Under the pieces are notes generated by a model, which saw only the letters and a program-made list of their open reading frames with translations, was not told where the DNA came from and made no database searches. The translations under genes were made by a program, and so were the position numbers. Positions 27,251 to 41,680 of a stretch of 64,000 nucleotides of DNA are shown here, piece after piece; position 1 is the stretch's first letter, and every line of letters starts with the position of its first letter. The DNA comes from Octopus bimaculoides. Lineage: Eukaryota. Location: assembly GCF_001194135.2 (NCBI RefSeq), contig NC_068982.1:177291070-177355069 (forward strand), in the 5' to 3' direction.

Positions 27251-28134
27251 TGAAGTTTACCAAATGTTAGCACCAAAGTCCTGAGCAATATTGACATATT
27301 TATATGCGCATAAATAGCACATACACACATTTATACATATTTGTGTCTGTGTGTGCGTGTGTGTCATTCTTTAACAAGAATAGTATTAACTGTGACTTCA
27401 AAGTTAAGCCATCATCATACTGTGTTGGGTTATATAGTCATTGTTAACTTATAAGTTTTTAAGACTATGTTCCATATATACATATACGTACATACATATA
27501 TACATATATATATATATACATAGTTGAAATTTACAGAAAAAAAAAGACGAAGACAGATGCATAGAAAACAAGCAAGTGTATTAGTTTGGCGTTCGGGAAG
27601 GTGAGAAAGTCTTTTACGTTTCGAGCCTATGCTCTTCAACAGAAAGAAACACGAGGAAATAAACAGAGAGAATAAAAAATAAACTTTGGGAATTAGCGGT
27701 CGAGAGAGAGAGAGAGAGAGAGAGAGCTGGTCCCAATACTAAAAATAGTCCTTATAGGAACACACATTTTTGCTAGCTGCGTAGACTGGAGCAATGTAAA
27801 TTGAAGTGTTTTTGCTCAAGAACACAATATGAAGTTTACCAAACGTTAACGTCTAAGTCCTGTACAATATTCACATATTTCTATACGCATGTACAGTACG
27901 CACGCATACACCTTAACATACGTGTGTGTGCGTCAATGCGTGTTTTATTCTTTAACAAGAATTGTATTAACATTGACTTCGAAGTTAAGCCATCATCGGA
28001 GTGTGATGGCATTAAGTTCATCATTACATAGTCTTTGTTAATTTAAAATTTCCTAGAACATACTTTCTATTTAGACAGGCAGACAGGCAGACAGACGGAT
28101 AGATAGATAGATAGATACATAGATAGATAGATAT

Positions 28135-28183
<49 letters not shown>

Positions 28184-28290
28184 GGGAGCTGCTCCTAATA
28201 TTAAAAATAGTCCTTACAAGGACACTCCTTTTTGCCAGTTGCGTAGACTGGAACAATGTAAAATTGAAGTGTTTTGCTCAAGAACGCAAC
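27251..28290. repeat. diverged tandem duplication (units starting 27251 and 27830)
   Basis: Shared blocks TGAAGTTTACCAAA, TTCTTTAACAAGAA..GTTAAGCCATCATC and GAGCTG..AAAATAGTCCTTA..GCGTAGACTGG..GCTCAAGAAC appear in the same order in both units. Confidence 0.85.
27610..27647 (-). ncRNA. minimal type I hammerhead-like motif with variant core
   Basis: Minus strand TCTTT-CTGTTGA-A-GAGC-ATAG-GCTC-GAAAC-GTA|AAAGA: helix I 5 bp, helix II 4 bp, palindromic ACGT, GUA triplet; U instead of the conserved A6. Confidence 0.5.
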
Positions 28291-28859
28291 GTATCGCCTG
28301 ATTCATGAATTGAAACCACGATCTAACGGTCATTTGTGCAGCACCTTAACCACTAGTCATGTACCTCCCCTACACATATATCTTTTTCTCTATGTGTGTG
28401 TATATACATATATATATATACCTTATATACAAATGTATATATATGTATATATATATGATATGTATATATATNNNNNNNNNNTATTGTATGTGTATATATA
28501 AACATGTGTATAAATATATATATTGTATGCGTATGTATACAGTTTGTGTGTGCACGAGTGTGTGTGTGTATCAGTGGATACGAATATGCTAAAACTCAGT
28601 TTATGTCGTAGATGCCTTCTAAAAATAAAAGAGAATGAGAGAGAGAGAGAGAGTGAGAGAGAGAGAGAGAGAGGCAACAGCAGAGCAAAAGAAAGAACAA
28701 AAAAGAAAGAAAGACGTAATACTTCGATAGGCAGATTAATAACGGAAATAAATGGATGTGTATAAAAGCACAGCCATATATACGGATATGTACAAGCATA
28801 CCTACACGCACACTCACACACAAATACACATATACATATACATATATATATGTATGTAC

Positions 28860-28890
<31 letters not shown>

Positions 28891-29596
28891 NNNNNNNNNN
28901 NNNNNNNNNNNNNNNNNNNNNNNNNNNNNNNNNNNNNNNNNNNNNNNNNNNNNNNNNNNNNNNNNNNNNNNNNNNNNNNNNNNNNNNNNNNNNNNNNNNN
29001 NNNNNNNNNNNNNNNNNNNNNNNNNNNNNNNNNNNNNNNNNNNNNNNNNNNNNNNNNNNNNNNNNNNNNNNNNNNNNNNNNNNNNNNNNNNNNNNNNNNN
29101 NNNNNNNNNNNNNNNNNNNNNNNNNNNNNNNNNNNNNNNNNNNNNNNNNNNNNNNNNNNNNNNNNNNNNNNNNNNNNNNNNNNNNNNNNNNNNNNNNNNN
29201 NNNNNNNNNNNNNNNNNNNNNNNNNNNNNNNNNNNNNNNNNNNNNNNNNNNNNNNNNNNNNNNNNNNNNNNNNNNNNNNNNNNNNNNNNNNNNNNNNNNN
29301 NNNNNNNNNNNNNNNNNNNNNNNNNNNNNNNNNNNNNNNNNNNNNNNNNNNNNNNNNNNNNNNNNNNNNNNNNNNNNNNNNNNNNNNNNNNNNNNNNNNN
29401 NNNNNNNNNNNNNNNNNNNNNNNNNNNNNNNNNNNNNNNNNNNNNNNNNNNNNNNNNNNNNNNNNNNNNNNNNNNNNNNNNNNNNNNNNNNNNNNNATAT
29501 ACACTCCAAACACGTGTAAGTGTATATATATACGCCAAAAACACGTACATAATCTATATGTTCAACTGCTAGCTTTAGTATATCCTTATCATATAC

Positions 29597-29652
<56 letters not shown>

Positions 29653-30243
29653 TTGTATGTTTTTGAAAATGTATCAGTTTTTTGATAGATTATTTTAGTC
29701 TGTGAATATCTACAGAATATCAACCGCGTTCCTTCGAAGCTGCTTGTTTTTCTGTTTTTTTTTTTCATTCAAAAACGTTTCTAAAACTTTTGGGAAGATG
29801 CTACCTTAGACAATTTCGAAATCTTCGGAATGACGATAACTTAATCATTTTTTATAGCAATTTTGCATCCTCTGATTTTATTGCTTGTTGGTTATTGTTG
29901 TTGTTGTTTATAATACATTCTTGTTATTTTTTTATTATATTCATGTTTCGCTTTGCTTCAGCTTCCGTTCGTTACTTTCACATCAGCCATCCCGTTTTAA
30001 TTGCATTCACTTCTACTTGTGGTTCGTAACTTCGGTTGTCATTTAATTGTAGGTGAGCTTTAATTTTGTTAACTGCCTTAACTCACTTTGCCAAGTCGTC
30101 TGAAACATATTTTTGTGTATGCATGTACGTGTGTATGTATGCATGTATGTACGTACGTATGTGTGTCTATGTTAGTATTCTGTGTGTAGGTAGAGATACA
30201 TGTGTTTATGCTTGCGTGTGTTTGCTTGTATCTATGGTTATAG

Positions 30244-30279
<36 letters not shown>

Positions 30280-31689
30280 NNNNNNNNNNNNNNNNNNNNN
30301 NNNNNNNNNNNNNNNNNNNNNNNNNNNNNNNNNNNNNNNNNNNNNNNNNNNNNNNNNNNNNNNNNNNNNNNNNNNNNNNNNNNNNNNNNNNNNNNNNNNN
30401 NNNNNNNNNNNNNNNNNNNNNNNNNNNNNNNNNNNNNNNNNNNNNNNNNNNNNNNNNNNNNNNNNNNNNNNNNNNNNNNNNNNNNNNNNNNNNNNNNNNN
30501 NNNNNNNNNNNNNNNNNNNNNNNNNNNNNNNNNNNNNNNNNNNNNNNNNNNNNNNNNNNNNNNNNNNNNNNNNNNNNNNNNNNNNNNNNNNNNNNNNNNN
30601 NNNNNNNNNNNNNNNNNNNNNNNNNNNNNNNNNNNNNNNNNNNNNNNNNNNNNNNNNNNNNNNNNNNNNNNNNNNNNNNNNNNNNNNNNNNNNNNNNNNN
30701 NNNNNNNNNNNNNNNNNNNNNNNNNNNNNNNNNNNNNNNNNNNNNNNNNNNNNNNNNNNNNNNNNNNNNNNNNNNNNNNNNNNNNNNNNNNNNNNNNNNN
30801 NNNNNNNNNNNNNNNNNNNNNNNNNNNNNNNNNNNNNNNNNNNNNNNNNNNNNNNNNNNNNNNNNNNNNNNNNNNNNNNNNNNNNNNNNNNNNNNNNNNN
30901 NNNNNNNNNNNNNNNNNNNNNNNNNNNNNNNNNNNNNNNNNNNNNNNNNNNNNNNNNNNNNNNNNNNNNNNNNNNNNNNNCACAAATGTATATATATATA
31001 TATATATATATATGCGCACACACATACAGAGGGACGATAAGAGATGGGTAAGAATGACAGACGAAAGAGATGCAGAAATAGTGAACGTTAAAAAGAAGAC
31101 CTGTTAATGCCACAAGATCGAAATGAAGATAATTTATTCAATTATAAAGAGGGATAAAAATGTCAATTCCTTATTGCTCTTTATGCTTTTTTCTGTTTTT
31201 GTTTAGTATAGTTCTGCTTCGTTTTCTTTTATCATTCAAGTAGTTTGAGCTGTTTGTTTTGTGATATTGTTGTGATCTAGCTCATTTACCGGATTTTAAA
31301 TACTTGTTAACAAGTATATGCATGTTATATCTACAGCTTTTTGGGATCTGTGTATTACACGTTGCGTATATTTTATACGTGTGTGCTAGCTTATAATGTA
31401 TAACTTTATATAATGGAACGTGAGGGTTGTGCATTCGTAGGATTGCTAACGTGTTGGAAAAACATAGTTCGCAGTATTTGTTCTGGCGTGTTACTTGTTG
31501 AAATCTGTCCCACGTAAGTTGTCATTACCTTTCATCCTGCTGGCGTAGATAAAATAAGACTAGACTCAGTTAGTGAGGTTGATGCTAGAGTTTAACTTCT
31601 ACCCTCAAATTCATATTCGCAATATTATGAAATATGTATTATGATACTGTTATGTATGAGTATACATAAGAGGTGTATCATATTACGTC

Positions 31690-31910
31690 TCCAAGGTTAT
31701 GCGTTTGCAATCCAAGAGCAGGAGATTGCAACAAAATACCTAATGAGCAAAAGAGACAGTGTAGCCCTTGGTGCAACCGACAATGTCGATTATGATGCAT
31801 TTCTGTGGAAGATATTATATATGTGATCAGCAGTCGCCCCAAAATATCATCAACGTATTACTTCCCAATGCGCATGATGTCGCTAAAATAGTATACAATG
31901 CTATCCGAAA
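31690..31910 (+). mobile_element. R4/Dong-like RLE-clade fragment (pre-zinc-knuckle region)
   Basis: LQGYAFAIQEQEIATKYLMSKR, then after a frameshift SSTYYFPMR(H)DVAKIVYN, matching the AIQEQ and RHD motifs. Confidence 0.75.
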
Positions 31911-31954
31911 AGAATACTGTCTTGGATACATTTAGAGAATTCCTCTATTACTTC

Positions 31955-32378
31955 AGGCGTGGCTGCGTGGTAAGAAATTTGCTTCCCAGCCACATGGTTC
32001 CGGATTCAATCCCACTGCGTAGCACCTTGTCAAGTGTCCTCTATAGCCCCGGGACGTCCAAATCCGTATGGGTGGATTTGGTTGGCGGAAACTGAAAGAA
32101 GTCCGTAGTATATATCTTTGTTTGTATGTGTGTGAGTGTAGGTGTGTTTGTGTCTGTGTAGGTGTGTAATAGTGTCGGCTCCGCCACCACTGCCTCACAA
32201 CCGGTGTTAGTGTGTTTACATCCTCGTAACTTAACGGTTCGGCAAAATCGGCCGATAAAATAAGTAACAGGCTTTAAAATATAAATACTGGAGTCGATAC
32301 GTTCGACTAAAAGTTCCTCAAGCCGGTGCCCCAGTATGACCAGACTCTAGTGACTGAAGCAAAAGATATAAAAATAAA
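31955..32378 (+). mobile_element. SINE family A, full length
   Basis: GGCGTGGCTGCGTGGTAAG head, GGATTCAATCCC B box, central TG tract and 3' module. Confidence 0.9.
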
Positions 32379-34029
32379 CATCATCACAAGGAATATTGGC
32401 GAAACATTCCCATTAAAACGTCTACCCAATGCAAATATAAAATGCGTGGTTGAGACAGATGAGAAAATCTATGTATGATCCTAGAGGTCAGCTGCTCCGC
32501 TCATGTGAATACCTCTTCGAAAACCAAAGCGAGAGAGGGTAACAACAGACAAACACTCCGAAACATTCAGACTCAATACCAAGATTATGAACTCACATTT
32601 ATATAAATAATAATTAATTTAGAGTAAATGCCTAAGTGACAATTTGGAAAACTGGAGCTTTCAGAAAACGCAATCAACCAGCGAACACGCTCATTACACT
32701 CAAACACACTAACACGCCTAAATATGCAAGACTTCTTTCAAATTCAATATGTTACTTTGTTTCTTCTACCTACGTTCCAATGATAGGGATTTTTAAATTT
32801 GCCAGAAGCCAGCTCCTTCTTTTCAAGAAGCCTGCAAAGTCTTAAACATAGAAGAGAACGCACATGCATATGATGGGCTTCTAGATGATTTGCCTGCAGG
32901 TATTTTCACAAGATACATGACAGCAAAATGCACTTACCCAGAACATCATCCAGTTTGATCGAACAATGTGCTTGCAAGTCGAGAAATGCAGGGAAAATAA
33001 ATGCTCTTGGATACGGATAAGGAGATTAGGAAGAACGAATGAGAGGGTAGAATCAGACCAGCAGACCACCAAGGGAAGAAGGCTCTTTTGCAGCGATAGA
33101 AAAGAAGATAAATCGTTCAAACATCAATTTTGTGTTCTAGAGATTAAAATGAGTTACCAAGAGATTTCATGACTTGTTGGATAGTTTTCGTGGGATATGA
33201 ACTGTGATACACGTAGGAGCACGGGTTGAAGAAGCCCTTATACATACATACATACATACATACATACATAANNNNNNNNNNNNNNNNNNNNNNNNNNNNN
33301 NNNNNNNNNNNNNNNNNNNNNNNNNNNNNNNNNNNNNNNNNNNNNNNNNNNNNNNNNNNNNNNNNNNNNNNNNNNNNNNNNNNNNNNNNNTATATATATA
33401 TGGACATGATACTTCATTTTGGATCTGATATGAACTTTGTTGTCGTTTGCAATTTTCTGGGATTGAAGAATTTACTGGTAAGCAGAAGAAAGGCAATCTT
33501 TCTAATAAAATTTCGGATTTGCTATGATTGTAGGCAACAGGAAAAGCCTTTACTAATAGTGAAGCCTATAATTTGAAGAAACGATGGACGGTTTAGTTGA
33601 ATGTTATTCAGTTTTTAGTGTGAGCGATGAATGTACAAATGAAAATGTAAGAAATAAAACAAGAACAGAAAGGACAGTATCACCGAGAAGAGTTGAGATG
33701 TATAGTAATTCAGACATTCCATGTCGCAGACGAAGTCTTTCAAATTATCATTGATTATTTTGTTAAGATTGTGTATTGAAGCATCTGTAATTTATATTCA
33801 CATACATCACATCTGTAATTCGCTTTAAAGTTTCACCTTCTGCGACAAATACACACAAATATTCCCCTATGGACGTTTCCACAGGGCAACGTGTGTAGGT
33901 GTGTGCTTGCTTGTGCATTAACGTCTATAACCATGTGCATATATGGTGGGATAGAGGAAGCAGGCGTAGATGCGAAGTAAGATTAATGGTGCGTTTGTAT
34001 ATGTCTGTTTACATAACCACTACACACAC

Positions 34030-34069
<40 letters not shown>

Positions 34070-34679
34070 GACATTTATTTATATGTACATATGTATATAA
34101 GAATATACATGCTTATGTGTAGATGGTTAGATACATATATACGTGTACACGTCGTTATGTGCATTGCCTTTATACATATATATGTGTGTTTGTGTGTTTG
34201 TCAGAGAGTGAGTGTATCTGCGTATGTGTGTGCGCACAAATGTGTGTATGTATTCAACAGTATGTAAATCGCATCCGTGATTTCTATTCACAATGCTATA
34301 TAACACTTCAATCGTTTTACGAACTAAACAAAATAAACTTTCAGATGTAAAATAACATGATGTAAATTACACAGCTAGATCTTTCTACATGCATGAAAAC
34401 CTTAAATACAATTCAGTGAGATGGAGACCTTTTAGTATGGAAACAGCGATAATGATTTCTTGCAAAGCTGTTGACACGATTCCTAATAAAAGACTTAACA
34501 GTGTTGTTAAGAAATTCACTTTGAAACTACATGGTTAACGACCTTGGTCTACTACCTGGTACCTTAATTCTCCTGTCGAGTAAAGACGTCTGAGTTATTT
34601 TCATTTACATGGAATTTATATGAATCTATTAGTATTTGCTATCTCTATAAATTTTATTTAATTATTGTTAACTTTTTTT

Positions 34680-34875
34680 CTATTATTGGTATCAATAATA
34701 GTCATTATTTTAATTTTTATTTTTGGTATCAATAATATTTATTATTTTTATTTTTATTATTGGTATCAATAATATTCATTATTTTTAATATTGGTATCAA
34801 TAATATTCATTATTTTTAATATTGGTATCAATAATATTCATTATTATTATTAATAATATTGGTATCAATAATAGT
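34680..34875. repeat. ~30-bp AT-rich minisatellite with TATTGGTATCAATAATA core (6 cores)
   Basis: Seen directly. Confidence 0.9.
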
Positions 34876-35238
34876 GATTAGTAGGAGTAAAGAAAAAGTC
34901 AAATATATATCCACATTTCTAAAAGCAAATGTGCGATACACAAAAGCAAGATCTACACGAAAGCAAGATCACTCGCACACAATACGGACAGCTGACCCAT
35001 ACATAAAAATATAACACTATAAACAAAACTAATATTCCCTTACTTGAAGATGAATGTAATCAAATTTCAAAACGTGAACGAACAGAAAGAAAGAAACCCG
35101 GGATTTATAAAGTGTAATTAGCGATGTAAACAAGAGTGCATTTTGCACCAAAAGCAAATATGAGTTTCACTCATGGTAACTACTGCAATATAATTTGTTC
35201 TAACAGAACAACCACGTTTAAGTGGGGATAAATGTTAC

Positions 35239-35308
35239 CTCTCTGTAATAACAAACTGGTTATGATATACAGTGGAATTGTTTCACTGGGCACGACCGTG
35301 TCAGGAAA
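35239..35308 (-). CDS. candidate exon (phase 0-1, 70 nt)
   Basis: Acceptor atatcttcgtttcag, donor GAG|gtaaca, only open frame FPDTVVPSETIPLYIITSLLLQR. No homology established. Confidence 0.2.
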
Positions 35309-35598
35309 CTGAAACGAAGATATTATTAATGTAATAAGTAATAAACGAAAATTTAATGCAACAATCGTCTGTACCTGGTTGGTTACAATGACACTTGGGT
35401 GACAATTAAAGGTATATGTATGTTTGTGTTTTACATTCTGTGTGCATGTGACGTTATATATGTGTGTGACTATGTGTGGACATATGCATATGTCCACACA
35501 TACTCATAAACATACAAATAAACTGACATACACATACAAATACAATCACACACATATATACATATATACGTGTGTAACTCTATATATATACACACACA

Positions 35599-35634
<36 letters not shown>

Positions 35635-35820
35635 NNNNNNNNNNNNNNNNNNNNNNNNNNNNNNNNNNNNNNNNNNNNNNNNNNNNNNNNNNNNNNNNNN
35701 NNNNNNNNNNNNNNNNNNNNNNNNNNNNNNNNNNNNNNNNNNNNNNNNNNNNNNNNNNNNNNNNNNNNNNNNNNNNNNNNNNNNNNNNNNNNNNNNNNNN
35801 NNNNNNNNNNNNNNNNNNNN

Positions 35821-35879
<59 letters not shown>

Positions 35880-35949
35880 GAGAGAGGGAGAGATGCAAAT
35901 ATACATGCACGCACACATACAGACATGTGTGTATATATTGATATCAAAT

Positions 35950-36447
35950 TTTGAAACAAGGCCAACAAGTTCAAGGCAGGTGGCAAGTCCATTACATGGA
36001 ACCCAGTACCCATCTGTTTCTGATTCTATTTCCCACGAAAGAATGAAAGCCAAAGTCGACCTCGATTTGAACTCAGAAGTTAAAGACGGGCGAAATGCTG
36101 TTAAGCATATCGCCCGGGGTGGTAATGTTCCTGCCAGCTCGCTGCCTTATATGTCTATATATGTTAATGTTTGTTTTATGTCAATTTATAACAGAAACAA
36201 TTTAACATTAAACTGAAAAATTATACAATACACTGTAGCAAAATAGAATATTCTTTTCTACTCTAGCCACAAAGCACGAAATTTTTTGGGGAAGGGGTGG
36301 CAGTCGATTAGATCGACCACAGTACGCAACTGGTACTTAATTTATCGACCCCGAAATGATGAAAGGCAAAGTCGATCTCGGTGGTATTTGAACTCAGAAC
36401 GTAAAGACAGACGAAATACCGCTAAGCATTTCGCCCGGCGTGCTAAA
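35950..36447 (-). mobile_element. two tandem SINE family B copies (35950-36146, 36250-36447)
   Basis: Both show the reverse-complement body AAAGTCGACCTCG..ATTTGAACTCAGAA and the CGCCCGG head region. Confidence 0.85.
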
Positions 36448-37462
36448 GCAACCTTACACTAGAGAATATTAAAATAAAGCGAGACTAGTTTTTGTCGTTG
36501 TTGTTGCTGTTGCTGCAACTGTTGCTGCTGCTGCCCCGAACAGACAGAATTGTTAGTCCATCAGAGAAAATTTCTCATAGTATTTCTTTCACTTCTTCAT
36601 GTTCCTTGATACAAATCCAAGAGAGGTCAATTTTGCTTCGCATCGTATAGGAGCCGACAAAATGAAAATATCGGTCAAGTATTTGGGTCGATAGCATCGG
36701 GGAAACCCTTCCTCTAAAAGCTACTGACCTCGAGCCTAAATAAGAAAATATTAATAAAGGAAGCGAACAGGAAGAATATTTATAAAGCGGTGAAATACTT
36801 AACAGATTTCGTTTCGGCACTTTACCTACAATCCTCCGATTTCACTTTTGCTTCTCATACTGTTCTCTCGTTAAAATAAAGTACCAGTCAAGTTCTGAGG
36901 CCGATGTAATCAACTAATTCCTAAAATTGAAATTAATTTAAAACGAAGACGATGAACTTGCAGAAGCGTTAGTATGTCGGACAAATTGATTAGAGATATT
37001 CCCTCCGATTCGATTCTTTAAGGTCCGAGTTCAAACCCTACTGAAAACAATTTTGACTTTTTTTCTTTTTCAGCACGGTAACATATAGTGCCATTTATGT
37101 CCTGGGATGATGTAACTGAATTGCTTCCTTCCCTAAAAGTCTCAACATCAGTATCTTTCATCGTCTTAGATACCAGTTTTTGTGTTGGGCCAACTGCATC
37201 AATTACCACGGGAACAATTGTTTCATAATTACTTCATCTTTCTGGTTAGATCCTGATATTTCTCACATATTTAGGGTATCCAATCTGGTATCGGGTATTG
37301 CCAAGGCAACAATCATACATTTATTTGTCCCCTACAATCATATCTGTTTTCTAGCGTTAATAGTATGGTCAGTCTTTATTTGGATACGACATAAAACCTC
37401 TAATCATTATTTTCCATCATAACCTTTGGCTCGTGTTCATGCCATTTTATATTTTGAATCTA

Positions 37463-37528
<66 letters not shown>

Positions 37529-37548
37529 CGTTATTATTATTATTATTA

Positions 37549-37583
<35 letters not shown>

Positions 37584-37625
37584 CATTATTGTTGTTATTT
37601 TTGTTGTTATTGTTATTACGTTTGT
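37463..37625. repeat. (TTA)n/(TTG)n microsatellite
   Basis: Seen directly. Confidence 0.95.
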
Positions 37626-40344
37626 TATGTATTATTATGCTTATTATTGTTATTACTTTGCATAACTTCCATAATGGATTTCACACGAATTATGCTAATA
37701 TTTACCTTCACTGAAATATTAACATAATTTCAATATTCAGAAAGGAGTAAATAAACATAAGTAAGACTATACTAGAATGTATGGACGGAAATAAATATGG
37801 AAGAAAAATAATTTATATTTATTTCACCATAAAATTAACTCATTCGAGTTAAACCATGGGGAACAAATATATTTTAATATTAGAAAACATTATTTACTGT
37901 CTTACAGTCATATTTTATATAATGTTGCTTTATATTCTGACTTCGTAAAATAGAAAATCATTAGTTAAATGCTATTTTATGTCATACTTTATGCCTGATA
38001 TTAGAACAAGAATTTTTTGATATGTTTTGTTTTTGAATTTTATTACCCGTATTTAAAATAAATTGGGCTGGTTTTATTTTTAAAATTTGAAGTATATTAT
38101 CAACCGAATCCAATAAAACCTGTGCACTTTGAATATTTTAGCAAAGCTTCATTGCTTATCAATGGAAATCCGCCATTTTAAGGTAGTTAATTTATATATC
38201 GAAATATCGATTAATATTTAACACTGTATTGCGAGCGAACATTTGTTCATGATATATATATCATTTATGTGATATAAGCAGTATTGGTTTTACGGATGAT
38301 GTTTAAAATGTTATTGCAGCACTTACTGCATTTTTGTTGGTGTATTTGTTGTGTTGTCATTTCTGATATTTCTTGTTGTTCATGTTGACAGGAAATTTAT
38401 ATTGTGGTTACTAATTTAAAGACAAAAAGTTTCGAATTAAATTGCTATCTACCAAATGATACTACTTTGACACAGGCCAATATGAATACACACACAATCA
38501 CACTTATGAATATACACATACATATAGACAAACATACATATATATATACAAACACACTCACATACATACATACATACATACATACATACATACATACATA
38601 CATACATACATACATACATACATGCATACATGCATACACAACAGATTAAAAGAAATATTGCCGCCAGAACATTGCTCTCACGCAATGCATTTGCAATACA
38701 AGTACTGCAGAGTATTGGTTAGTAAATCATTGCCAATCAGTTGATTGTTCTTTTGTCAATCATCTACGACACAGGTTTTTTTTTTTCGAAAGTTGTGCCG
38801 ACTAGGTCAGATCTGAGAGTAGTTCATCAATGTTCTAACGTGAAGTTAGTAGAAGTCAGCATATAGCAGCCTATTATATTCCCTTGCTCGAAAAGTGCCC
38901 TTAATCTGTGCAGCACGAAGTAGCTTATATCAGTGAAATACTTGAAATATAATTTTTTTGCATCTATTTTCGTATATTCTGCGAGTTTAAACATTGTATG
39001 TTGGCAATTGTTTATAATTTCCAATGCGTAGTATATGATGTAGTACAATTTGTTCATATAAACATATTTGGTTTTCTTGTGAAGATTATTTTACGAAATC
39101 TCAATTTTCAGACCTGTTATAAGGTTTAGACCTTATTCACAAAATGCAAAACATGCTTGCCATGAAATACAGAAGTTTTTACTGAAATTCTCCCAGAGAA
39201 TTCGAAATGTCATTAATCTATCTCCTTGTATGTTTTTGAAAAGAACATTTTAATATAAGTATGTTAGTAGTTCTTAGTTTATATCGATCGTAGAGAGAAG
39301 GATAGTAAAATCGTTGTAATTGAAGCACAGAAAGGACTTTTGTTACATAGGCAACCACAAATTGATACTTTATAAAGTGAGTCAATTATATCCGTGCGAC
39401 AATATGTTGGGTAGATGCTGATCGGCCTATGTATGACTTGGATAACCTATTCCCGGAGCAATATAGCATCCTCCGCGTTATTGCTCAAACTGCTAAACAT
39501 AGCAACCGTATCACCTTCACATTTTGTCTTAACATTTTTAAAACAGAAGAACACATTTGGCAACGTTGATCTTTTGGCAATTATTACCTTTGATAAAACA
39601 TAGGACGCCTATATCTAGATCGCTGTTGAACACAGCACACTTGTTTAGAACTCTTATCGATTTGATCAAAAACAGAAAAAAGAAACAGTAAGAAACTCGA
39701 AAGATTAAACTGCAAAAGTATCATTGACTATAACTGTATTTGAAATCAGAAACTAAGCAAGCCAAATTAGTACCACAAGGTATTTAATAATGCGTAATCA
39801 CCCAACAATTTTCAGGCGAGCAATCAAGAACAGTATAACTTTCCTTATGTCACAATGACCAGAGATTATAAATGAAAGAATGAAAGAATTACAACGATCT
39901 ACAACAGGGAAACAAGTAAAAAAAAAATGCAACAAAATCGCATATTATGTTACCGTATATTAATTCGGCTTGCTTCAAGTATTATTATAATTTAGTATTG
40001 TCTTATGTATATATGCATTTGTTTATTAATATGTTACAGCAGGATGCAGTGAAATTCAAGAGGTAATCGGATACTAAATGAAATAGAAGTAAAATTTTAG
40101 GGCAATTATTGGTATTGCCACTTTACTCTGAGAGCGTTATTCACAGAGGTTGTCTCTGGAATGTGGAGAGTTGGAATAGGAGTGAAAACAATGGGAATGG
40201 AAAAGAGTTAAGTTTCGTGAATGAAGGGATATGAGGGAAAATGGAACAAAAAAAACGATAGGTAAAAAGCAAGGAAAAGAATTACGAGTATTATTTTCCT
40301 TCATTTCCAATTTCTTCATTATATAACAGCAATCACGCACACAC

Positions 40345-40419
<75 letters not shown>

Positions 40420-40519
40420 AATGTCTGTGTGCGTTTATAAATGTGTATGGATATATGTAAACACATCCACACATGAATATATATACATTTGTATGTATAT
40501 ATATCATAAATGTATACAT

Positions 40520-40612
40520 AAATATATATTATATAAATGAAGTATATAGTATATATTATATAAATGAAGTATATAGTATATATTATATAAATGAAGTATA
40601 TAGTATATATAC
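40520..40612. repeat. 27-bp tandem repeat (TATATATTATATAAATGAAGTATATAG) about x3
   Basis: Seen directly. Confidence 0.9.
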
Positions 40613-40621
40613 ACACAAATA

Positions 40622-40661
<40 letters not shown>

Positions 40662-40671
40662 CATACATACA

Positions 40672-40825
40672 GGCGCAGGCGTGGTTGTGTGGTAAGATGT
40701 TTGCTTCCCAAACATATGTTTCCGGTTTCAGTTCCGTCGCGTGACAGGTGTCTTTTACTATAACCTGGGGCCGACCTAAGTCTTGTGAGTGGATTTGGTA
40801 CACGGGAACTGAAACACCCCCGTCC

Positions 40826-40868
<43 letters not shown>

Positions 40869-41135
40869 GTGTGTGTTTGTGTGTGTGTGTGCGCGCGCGC
40901 ATGTGTGTGTGTCTGACTGTCTGTCATTTTTTCTGTGTTCTTCATTCACCACCGCTTGACAACTGCTAATGGTGTATCAACGACCCCCGTCACCTAGCGG
41001 AACGGAAAAAGAACGGACAGGATAAGTACCAAGGTTTAAGAATTAAACCCTGGAGTCGGCTTGTTCGACTAAAAAGCTTTCAATGCGGTGCCCCAGCATG
41101 GCCACAGTTAAATGACTGAAAGAATTAAAGGATAT
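40672..41135 (+). mobile_element. SINE family A, full length
   Basis: AGGCGCAGGCGTGGTTGTGTGGTAAG head through CATGGCCACAGTTAAATGACTGAAAG. Confidence 0.9.
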
Positions 41136-41136
41136 A

Positions 41137-41260
41137 AGATTATATATATATATGTATAGATATATATATGTATGTGTGTATGTATATATGTATATATATC
41201 TGTATGCATGTATACATATATATGCATATATATATATATATATGTATATATATATGTATG

Positions 41261-41329
<69 letters not shown>

Positions 41330-41436
41330 TTATATATATATATGTATGGGTATATATATGTATATGTATATATGTATGTATGCGTTTATATGTATGTATG
41401 CGTATGTATATATATGTATATATATATGTATGCATG

Positions 41437-41468
<32 letters not shown>

Positions 41469-41570
41469 TGTGTATATATATGTATGTGTATGTATATATA
41501 TGTATATGTATGTATGGATGTATATATATACATATATACATACATATATATATTTACATACATGCATATA

Positions 41571-41640
<70 letters not shown>

Positions 41641-41680
41641 TGTATGTAAATATATATATGTATGTATATATGTATATTTC
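41137..41680. repeat. ~540-bp TA/TG/TATG low-complexity tract
   Basis: Seen directly; source of the long YI/VC artefact ORFs. Confidence 0.95.

Noticed and set aside
32880-33230. Purine-rich, coding-like stretch (KGRRLFCSDRKEDK)
   Set aside because: Only vague resemblance to transposon proteins, with stops in all frames and no diagnostic motif.
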